This document shows, one piece after another, positions 53,880-64,000 of a DNA stretch of 64,000 nt (the stretch's first letter is position 1; every line of letters begins with the position of its first letter). The stretch is taken from positions 25,668,001 through 25,732,000 of the forward strand of contig OZ059900.1 of NCBI GenBank assembly GCA_964057225.1. Direction: 5' to 3'. Source of the DNA: Auanema rhodensis. Its lineage: Eukaryota; Animalia; Nematoda. Made by a program: the position numbers and the translations under genes. The notes under the pieces were generated by a model. The model saw only the letters and a program-made list of their open reading frames with translations, was not told the DNA's origin and made no database searches.

Positions 53880-56800
53880 GCTAGGTTTCATTGACATTGC
53901 ATGAGTTTGAACACATGAAATCGTAAGTCAAAACCTTGTTTACAGCGAAATTTCCAAAAACTGGTTTTCCAGCATAATAAAATATTTGTCATGGGAAATA
54001 CAGTGTTTTTGTATTTTTTTAGTGTTCAGCATGTAAAATGCGTCATTTTAGTATGTGAAACGCTGAAATTCGTTGCATTTGACGACTCATATGAACAAAA
54101 ATCGATTTTATCAATATTAGCCATAAGGGGCGTGCCCTCAGAATATGCTAATTTCCTTAATTTTCTAACCCCTGTTTTTTTGTCGTGAAAGTGGAACTAG
54201 ACGTTGTACGAACAATTTTGAGCTAGGTTTCATTGACATTGCATGAGTTTGAACACATGAAATCGTAAGTCAAAACCTTGTTTACAGCGAAATTTCCAAA
54301 AACTGGTTTTCCAGCATAATAAAATATTTCTCATGGGAAATACTGTGTTTTTGTATTTTTCTAGTGTTCAGCATGTAAAATGCTTCATTTTAGTATGTAA
54401 CACGCTGAAATTCGTTGCATTTGACGACTCATATGAACAAAAATCGATTTAATCAATATTAGCCATAAGGGGCGTGCCCTCAGAATATGCTAATTTCCTT
54501 AATTTTCTAACCCCTGTTTTTTTGTCGTGAAAGTGGAACTAGACGTTGTACGAACAATTTTGAGCTAGGTTTCATTGACATTGCATGAGTTTGAACACAT
54601 GAAATCGTAAGTCAAAACCTTGTTTACAGCGAAATTTCCAAAAACTGGTTTTCCAGCATAATAAAATATTTGTCATGGGAAATACAGTGTTTTTGTATTT
54701 TTTTAGTGTTCAGCATGTAAAATGCGTCATTTTAGTATGTAAAACGCTGAAATTCGTTGCATTTGACGACTCATATGAACAAAAATCGATTTTATCAATA
54801 TTAGCCATAAGGGGCGTGCCCTCAGAATATGCTAATTTCCTTAATTTTCTAACCCCTGTTTTTTTGTCGTGAAAGTGGAACTAGACGTTGTACGAACAAT
54901 TTTGAGCTAGGTTTCATTGACATTGCATGAGTTTGAACACATGAAATCGTAAGTCAAAACCTTGTTTACAGCGAAATTTCCAAAAACTGGTTTTCCAGCA
55001 TAATAAAATATTTCTCATGGGAAATACTGTGTTTTTGTATTTTTCTAGTGTTCAGCATGTAAAATGCTTCATTTTAGTATGTAACACGCTGAAATTCGTT
55101 GCATTTGACGACTCATATGAACAAAAATCGATTTAATCAATATTAGCCATAAGGGGCGTGCCCTCAGAATATGCTAATTTCCTTAATTTTCTAACCCCTG
55201 TTTTTTTGTCGTGAAAGTGGAACTAGACGTTGTACGAACAATTTTGAGCTAGGTTTCATTGACATTGCATGAGTTTGAACACATGAAATCGTAAGTCAAA
55301 ACCTTGTTTACAGCGAAATTTCCAAAAACTGGTTTTCCAGCATAATACAATATTTCTCATGGGAAATACTGTGTTTTTGTATTTTTTTAGTGTTCAGCAT
55401 GTAAAATGCGTCATTTTAGTATGTAAAACGCTGAAATTCGTTGCATTTGACGACTCATATGAACAAAAATCGATTTTATCAATATTAGCCATAAGGGGCG
55501 TGCCCTCAGAATATGCTAATTTCCTTAATTTTCTAACCCCTGTTTTTTTGTCGTGAAAGTGGAACTAGACGTTGTACGAACAATTTTAAGCTAGGTTTCA
55601 TTGACATTGCATGAGTTTGAACACATGAAATCGTAAGTCAAAACCTTGTTTACAGCGAAATTTCCAAAAACTGGTTTTCCAGCATAATACAATATTTCTC
55701 ATGGGAAATACTGTGTTTTTGTATTTTTTTAGTGTTCAGCATGTAAAATGCGTCATTTTAGTATGTAACACGCTGAAATTCGTTGCATTTGACGACTCAT
55801 ATGAACAAAAATCGATTTAATCAATATTAGCCATAAGGGGCGTGCCCTCAGAATATGCTAATTTCCTTAATTTTCTAACCCCTGTTTTTTTGTCGTGAAA
55901 GTGGAACTAGACGTTGTACGAACAATTTTGAGCTAGGTTTCATTGACATTGCATGAGTTTGAACACATGAAATCGTAAGTCAAAACCTTGTTTACAGCGA
56001 AATTTCCAAAAACTGGTTTTCCAGCATAATACAATATTTCTCATGGGAAATACTGTGTTTTTGTATTTTTCTAGTGTTCAGAATGTAGAATGCTTCATTT
56101 TAGTACGTAACACGCTGAAATTCGTTGCATTTGACGACTCATATGAACAAAAATCGATTTAATCAATATTAGCCATAAGGGGCGTGCCCACAGAATATGC
56201 TAATTTCCTTAATTTTCTAACCCCTGTTTTTTTGTCGTGAAAGTGGAACTAGACGTTGTACGAACAATTTTGAGCTAGGTTTCATTGACATTGCATGAGT
56301 TTGAACACATGAAATCGTAAGTCAAAACCTTGTTTACAGCGAAATTTCCAAAAACTGGTTTTCCAGCATAATAAAATATTTCTCATGGGAAATACTGTGT
56401 TTTTGTATTTTTCTAGTGTTCAGCATGTAAAACGCTTCATTTTAGTATGTAACACGCTGAAATTCGTTGCATTTGACGACTCATATGAACAAAAATCGAT
56501 TTAATCAATATTAGCCATAAGGGGCGTGCCCTCAGAATATGCTAATTTCCTTAATTTTCTAACCCCTGTTTTTTGTCGTGAAAGTGGAACTAGACGTTGT
56601 ACGAACAATTTTGAGCTAGGTTTCATTGACATTGCATGAGTTTGAACACATGAAATCGTAAGTCAAAACCTTGTTTACAGCGAAATTTCCAAAAACTGGT
56701 TTTCCAGCATAATAAAATATTTCTCATGGGAAATACAGTGTTTTTGTATTTTTTTAGTGTTCAGCATGTAAAATGCGTCATTTTAGTATGTAAAACGCTG

Positions 56801-59800
56801 AAATTCGTTGCATTTGACGACTCATATGAACAAAAATCGATTTTATCAATATTAGCCATAAGGGGCGTGCCCTCAGAATATGCTAATTTCCTTAATTTTC
56901 TAACCCCTGTTTTTTTGTCGTGAAAGTGGAACTAGACGTTGTACGAACAATTTTAAGCTAGGTTTCATTGACATTGCATGAGTTTGAACACATGAAATCG
57001 TAAGTCAAAACCTTGTTTACAGCGAAATTTCCAAAAACTGGTTTTCCAGCATAATACAATATTTCTCATGGGAAATACTGTGTTTTTGTATTTTTTTAGT
57101 GTTCAGCATGTAAAATGCGTCATTTTAGTATGTAAAACGCTGAAATTCGTTGCATTTGACGACTCATATGAACAAAAATCGATTTTATCAATATTAGCCA
57201 TAAGGGGCGTGCCCTCAGAATATGCTAATTTCCTTAATTTTCTAACCCCTGTTTTTTTGTCGTGAAAGTGGAACTAGACGTTGTACGAACAATTTTGAGC
57301 TAGGTTTCATTGACATTGCATGAGTTTGAACACATGAAATCGTAAGTCAAAACCTTGTTTACAGCGAAATTTCCAAAAACTGGTTTTCCAGCATAATACA
57401 ATATTTCTCATGGGAAATACCGTGTTTTTGTATTTTTCTAGTGTTCAGAATGTAGAATGCTTCATTTTAGTACGTAACACGCTGAAATTCGTTGCATTTG
57501 ACGACTCATATGAACAAAAATCGATTTAATCAATATTAGCCATAAGGGGCGTGCCCTCAGAATATGCTAATTTCCTTAATTTTCTAACCCCTGTTTTTTT
57601 GTCGTGAAAGTGGAACTAGACGTTGTACGAACAATTTTAAGCTAGGTTTCATTGACATTGCATGAGTTTGAACACATGAAATCGTAAGTCAAAACCTTGT
57701 TTACAGCGAAATTTCCAAAAACTGGTTTTCCAGCATAATAAAATATTTGTCATGGGAAATACAGTGTTTTTGTCTTTTTTTAGTGTTCAGCATGTAAAAT
57801 GCGTCATTTTAGTATGTAAAACGCTGAAATTCGTTGCATTTGACGACTCATATGAACAAAAATCGATTTTATCAATATTAGCCATAAGGGGCGTGCCCTC
57901 AGAATATGCTAATTTCCTTAATTTTCTAACCCCTGTTTTTTTGTCGTGAAAGTGGAACTAGACGTTGTACGAACAATTTTGAGCTAGGTTTCATTGACAT
58001 TGCATGAGTTTGAACACATGAAATCGTAAGTCAAAACCTTGTTTACAGCGAAATTTCCAAAAACTGGTTTTCCAGCATAATAAAATATTTCTCATGGGAA
58101 ATACAGTGTTTTTGTATTTTTTTAGTGTTCAGCATGTAAAATGCGTCATTTTAGTATGTAAAACGCTGAAATTCGTTGCATTTGACGACTCATATGAACA
58201 AAAATCGATTTAATCAATATTAGCCATAAGGGGCGTGCCCTCAGAATATGCTAATTTCCTTAATTTTCTAACCCCTGTTTTTTTGTCGTGAAAGTGGAAC
58301 TAGACGTTGTACGAACAATTTTAAGCTAGGTTTCATTGACATTGCATGAGTTTGAACACATGAAATCGTAAGTCAAAACCTTGTTTACAGCGAAATTTCC
58401 AAAAACTGGTTTTCCAGCATAATACAATATTTCTCATGGGAAATACCGTGTTTTTGTATTTTTCTAGTGTTCAGCATGTAAAATGCGTCATTTTAGTATG
58501 TAAAACGCTGAAATTCGTTGCATTTGACGACTCATATGAACAAAAATCGATTTTATCAATATTAGCCATAAGGGGCGTGCCCTCAGAATATGCTAATTTC
58601 CTTAATTTTCTAACCCCTGTTTTTTTGTCGTGAAAGTGGAACTAGACGTTGTACGAACAATTTTGAGCTAGGTTTCATTGACATTGCATGAGTTTGAACA
58701 CATGAAATCGTAAGTCAAAACCTTGTTTACAGCGAAATTTCCAAAAACTGGTTTTCCAGCATAATACAATATTTCTCATGGGAAATACCGTGTTTTTGTA
58801 TTTTTCTAGTGTTCAGAATGTAGAATGCTTCATTTTAGTACGTAACACGCTGAAATTCGTTGCATTTGACGACTCATATGAACAAAAATCGATTTAATCA
58901 ATATTAGCCATAAGGGGCGTGCCCTCAGAATATGCTAATTTCCTTAATTTTCTAACCCCTGTTTTTTTGTCGTGAAAGTGGAACTAGACGTTGTACGAAC
59001 AATTTTGAGCTAGGTTTCATTGACATTGCATGAGTTTGAACACATGAAATCGTAAGTCAAAACCTTGTTTACAGCGAAATTTCCAAAAACTGGTTTTCCA
59101 GCATAATACAATATTTGTCATGGGAAATACAGTGTTTTTGTATTTTTTTAGTGTTCAGCATGTAAAATGCGTCATTTTAGTATGTGAAACGCTGAAATTC
59201 GTTGCATTTGACGACTCATATGAACAAAAATCGATTTAATCAATATTAGCCATAAGGGGCGTGCCCTCAGAATATGCTAATTTCCTTAATTTTCTAACCC
59301 CTGTTTTTTTGTCGTGAAAGTGGAACTAGACGTTGTACGAACAATTTTGAGCTAGGTTTCATTGACATTGCATGAGTTTGAACACATGAAATCGTAAGTC
59401 AAAACCTTGTTTACAGCGAAATTTCCAAAAACTGGTTTTCCAGCATAATAAAATATTTCTCATGGGAAATACTGTGTTTTTGTATTTTTCTAGTGTTCAG
59501 CATGTGAAATGCTTCATTTTAGTATGTAACACGCTGAAATTCGTTGCATTTGACGACTCATATGAACAAAAATCGATTTAATCAATATTAGCCATAAGGG
59601 GCGTGCCCTCAGAATATGCTAATTTCCTTAATTTTCTAACCCCTGTTTTTTTGTCGTGAAAGTGGAACTAGACGTTGTACGAACAATTTTGAGCTAGGTT
59701 TCATTGACATTGCATGAGTTTGAACACATGAAATCGTAAGTCAAAACCTTGTTTACAGCGAAATTTCCAAAAACTGGTTTTCCAGCATAATAAAATATTT

Positions 59801-62800
59801 GTCATGGGAAATACAGTGTTTTTGTATTTTTTTAGTGTTCAGCATGTAAAATGCGTCATTTTAGTATGTAAAACGCTGAAATTCGTTGCATTTGACGACT
59901 CATATGAACAAAAATCGATTTTATCAATATTAGCCATAAGGGGCGTGCCCTCAGAATATGCTAATTTCCTTAATTTTCTAACCCCTGTTTTTTTGTCGTG
60001 AAAGTGGAACTAGACGTTGTACGAACAATTTTGAGCTAGGTTTCATTGACATTGCATGAGTTTGAACACATGAAATCGTAAGTCAAAACCTTGTTTACAG
60101 CGAAATTTCCAAAAACTGGTTTTCCAGCATAATAAAATATTTCTCATGGGAAATACTGTGTTTTTGTATTTTTCTAGTGTTCAGCATGTAAAATGCTTCA
60201 TTTTAGTATGTAACACGCTGAAATTCGTTGCATTTGACGACTCATATGAACAAAAATCGATTTAATCAATATTAGCCATAAGGGGCGTGCCCTCAGAATA
60301 TGCTAATTTCCTTAATTTTCTAACCCCTGTTTTTTTGTCGTGAAAGTGGAACTAGACGTTGTACGAACAATTTTGAGCTAGGTTTCATTGACATTGCATG
60401 AGTTTGAACACATGAAATCGTAAGTCAAAACCTTGTTTACAGCGAAATTTCCAAAAACTGGTTTTCCAGCATAATACAATATTTCTCATGGGAAATACTG
60501 TGTTTTTGTATTTTTTTAGTGTTCAGCATGTAAAATGCGTCATTTTAGTATGTAAAACGCTGAAATTCGTTGCATTTGACGACTCATATGAACAAAAATC
60601 GATTTTATCAATATTAGCCATAAGGGGCGTGCCCTCAGAATATGCTAATTTCCTTAATTTTCTAACCCCTGTTTTTTTGTCGTGAAAGTGGAACTAGACG
60701 TTGTACGAACAATTTTGAGCTAGGTTTCATTGACATTGCATGAGTTTGAACACATGAAATCGTAAGTCAAAACCTTGTTTACAGCGAAATTTCCAAAAAC
60801 TGGTTTTCCAGCATAATAAAATATTTGTCATGGGAAATACAGTGTTTTTGTATTTTTTTAGTGTTCAGCATGTAAAATGCGTCATTTTAGTATGTGAAAC
60901 GCTGAAATTCGTTGCATTTGACGACTCATATGAACAAAAATCGATTTTATCAATATTAGCCATAAGGGGCGTGCCCTCAGAATATGCTAATTTCCTTAAT
61001 TTTCTAACCCCTGTTTTTTTGTCGTGAAAGTGGAACTAGACGTTGTACGAACAATTTTGAGCTAGGTTTCATTGACATTGCATGAGTTTGAACACATGAA
61101 ATCGTAAGTCAAAACCTTGTTTACAGCGAAATTTCCAAAAACTGGTTTTCCAGCATAATAAAATATTTCTCATGGGAAATACTGTGTTTTTGTATTTTTC
61201 TAGTGTTCAGCATGTAAAATGCTTCATTTTAGTATGTAACACGCTGAAATTCGTTGCATTTGACGACTCATATGAACAAAAATCGATTTAATCAATATTA
61301 GCCATAAGGGGCGTGCCCTCAGAATATGCTAATTTCCTTAATTTTCTAACCCCTGTTTTTTTGTCGTGAAAGTGGAACTAGACGTTGTACGAACAATTTT
61401 GAGCTAGGTTTCATTGACATTGCATGAGTTTGAACACATGAAATCGTAAGTCAAAACCTTGTTTACAGCGAAATTTCCAAAAACTGGTTTTCCAGCATAA
61501 TAAAATATTTGTCATGGGAAATACAGTGTTTTTGTATTTTTTTAGTGTTCAGCATGTAAAATGCGTCATTTTAGTATGTAAAACGCTGAAATTCGTTGCA
61601 TTTGACGACTCATATGAACAAAAATCGATTTTATCAATATTAGCCATAAGGGGCGTGCCCTCAGAATATGCTAATTTCCTTAATTTTCTAACCCCTGTTT
61701 TTTTGTCGTGAAAGTGGAACTAGACGTTGTACGAACAATTTTGAGCTAGGTTTCATTGACATTGCATGAGTTTGAACACATGAAATCGTAAGTCAAAACC
61801 TTGTTTACAGCGAAATTTCCAAAAACTGGTTTTCCAGCATAATAAAATATTTCTCATGGGAAATACTGTGTTTTTGTATTTTTCTAGTGTTCAGCATGTA
61901 AAATGCTTCATTTTAGTATGTAACACGCTGAAATTCGTTGCATTTGACGACTCATATGAACAAAAATCGATTTAATCAATATTAGCCATAAGGGGCGTGC
62001 CCTCAGAATATGCTAATTTCCTTAATTTTCTAACCCCTGTTTTTTTGTCGTGAAAGTGGAACTAGACGTTGTACGAACAATTTTGAGCTAGGTTTCATTG
62101 ACATTGCATGAGTTTGAACACATGAAATCGTAAGTCAAAACCTTGTTTACAGCGAAATTTCCAAAAACTGGTTTTCCAGCATAATACAATATTTCTCATG
62201 GGAAATACTGTGTTTTTGTATTTTTTTAGTGTTCAGCATGTAAAATGCGTCATTTTAGTATGTAAAACGCTGAAATTCGTTGCATTTGACGACTCATATG
62301 AACAAAAATCGATTTTATCAATATTAGCCATAAGGGGCGTGCCCTCAGAATATGCTAATTTCCTTAATTTTCTAACCCCTGTTTTTTTGTCGTGAAAGTG
62401 GAACTAGACGTTGTACGAACAATTTTAAGCTAGGTTTCATTGACATTGCATGAGTTTGAACACATGAAATCGTAAGTCAAAACCTTGTTTACAGCGAAAT
62501 TTCCAAAAACTGGTTTTCCAGCATAATACAATATTTCTCATGGGAAATACTGTGTTTTTGTATTTTTTTAGTGTTCAGCATGTAAAATGCGTCATTTTAG
62601 TATGTAACACGCTGAAATTCGTTGCATTTGACGACTCATATGAACAAAAATCGATTTAATCAATATTAGCCATAAGGGGCGTGCCCTCAGAATATGCTAA
62701 TTTCCTTAATTTTCTAACCCCTGTTTTTTTGTCGTGAAAGTGGAACTAGACGTTGTACGAACAATTTTGAGCTAGGTTTCATTGACATTGCATGAGTTTG

Positions 62801-64000
62801 AACACATGAAATCGTAAGTCAAAACCTTGTTTACAGCGAAATTTCCAAAAACTGGTTTTCCAGCATAATACAATATTTCTCATGGGAAATACTGTGTTTT
62901 TGTATTTTTCTAGTGTTCAGAATGTAGAATGCTTCATTTTAGTACGTAACACGCTGAAATTCGTTGCATTTGACGACTCATATGAACAAAAATCGATTTA
63001 ATCAATATTAGCCATAAGGGGCGTGCCCACAGAATATGCTAATTTCCTTAATTTTCTAACCCCTGTTTTTTTGTCGTGAAAGTGGAACTAGACGTTGTAC
63101 GAACAATTTTGAGCTAGGTTTCATTGACATTGCATGAGTTTGAACACATGAAATCGTAAGTCAAAACCTTGTTTACAGCGAAATTTCCAAAAACTGGTTT
63201 TCCAGCATAATAAAATATTTCTCATGGGAAATACTGTGTTTTTGTATTTTTCTAGTGTTCAGCATGTAAAACGCTTCATTTTAGTATGTAACACGCTGAA
63301 ATTCGTTGCATTTGACGACTCATATGAACAAAAATCGATTTAATCAATATTAGCCATAAGGGGCGTGCCCTCAGAATATGCTAATTTCCTTAATTTTCTA
63401 ACCCCTGTTTTTTGTCGTGAAAGTGGAACTAGACGTTGTACGAACAATTTTGAGCTAGGTTTCATTGACATTGCATGAGTTTGAACACATGAAATCGTAA
63501 GTCAAAACCTTGTTTACAGCGAAATTTCCAAAAACTGGTTTTCCAGCATAATAAAATATTTCTCATGGGAAATACAGTGTTTTTGTATTTTTTTAGTGTT
63601 CAGCATGTAAAATGCGTCATTTTAGTATGTAAAACGCTGAAATTCGTTGCATTTGACGACTCATATGAACAAAAATCGATTTTATCAATATTAGCCATAA
63701 GGGGCGTGCCCTCAGAATATGCTAATTTCCTTAATTTTCTAACCCCTGTTTTTTTGTCGTGAAAGTGGAACTAGACGTTGTACGAACAATTTTAAGCTAG
63801 GTTTCATTGACATTGCATGAGTTTGAACACATGAAATCGTAAGTCAAAACCTTGTTTACAGCGAAATTTCCAAAAACTGGTTTTCCAGCATAATACAATA
63901 TTTCTCATGGGAAATACTGTGTTTTTGTATTTTTTTAGTGTTCAGCATGTAAAATGCGTCATTTTAGTATGTAAAACGCTGAAATTCGTTGCATTTGACG
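53880..64000. repeat. Duplicated ~10-monomer block at 20-monomer offset (6839 bp)
   Basis: About 53880-57161 matches 60719-64000: ORFs 53991/60830, 54675/61514, 55359/62198, 56726/63565, private gtgcccacag (monomers 56043, 62882), and aaaacgcttc with the T6 deletion (56385, 63224). Confidence 0.9.

Larger units (their letters stand above)
1..64000. repeat. Tandem satellite DNA array, 342-bp monomer, ~187 head-to-tail copies, extending past both window edges
   Basis: The same unit recurs every 342 bp (anchor ATGGGAAATAC at 299, 641, 983 ... 63565, 63907). Anchor phase across the window is fully explained by seven 1-bp deletions and one +3 insertion (299 + 185x342 - 7 + 3 = 63565). No unique sequence or inverted segment was seen. 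Confidence 0.99.

Noticed and set aside
983-63762. About 80 short ORFs (61-95 aa; MGNTVFLY..., MSLNTCNR...) as a tandem gene family
   Set aside because: They open and close with single satellite SNPs (TTA/TAA at monomer position 119, TGA/TGC, the T6 frameshift). The common allele is often the stop codon, many variants are non-synonymous, and I recognise no protein domain.
1-64000. CRISPR array or other repeat-spacer system
   Set aside because: There are no unique spacers; the entire 342-bp unit is repeated and no cas-like ORF is present.

Overview
The whole 64 kb window is one uninterrupted, head-to-tail, single-orientation tandem array of an AT-rich 342-bp satellite monomer (hand count ~34% GC). 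It holds about 187 copies: 186 complete units between anchors at 299 and 63907, plus partial units at both ends. Copies differ from consensus at only a handful of positions. I see no credible gene, RNA gene, CRISPR array or transposon; every ORF in the track is a by-product of the repeat. This looks like eukaryotic (peri)centromeric or heterochromatic satellite DNA, but I cannot name the family or organism. The interest lies in the internal structure: three variant-defined domains (about 1-12.2k, 12.2-51.7k and 51.7-64k); local multimer duplications at offsets of 2, 4, 5, 6, 7, 11, 15, 16, 19, 20 and 31 monomers rather than one fixed higher-order repeat; monomer-scale conversion tracts; traces of an ancient ~171-bp dimer; dense dyad symmetry that several recurrent variants make more perfect; and CpG-type transitions. 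All comparisons were done by eye with help from ORF-track offsets, so block boundaries are approximate.
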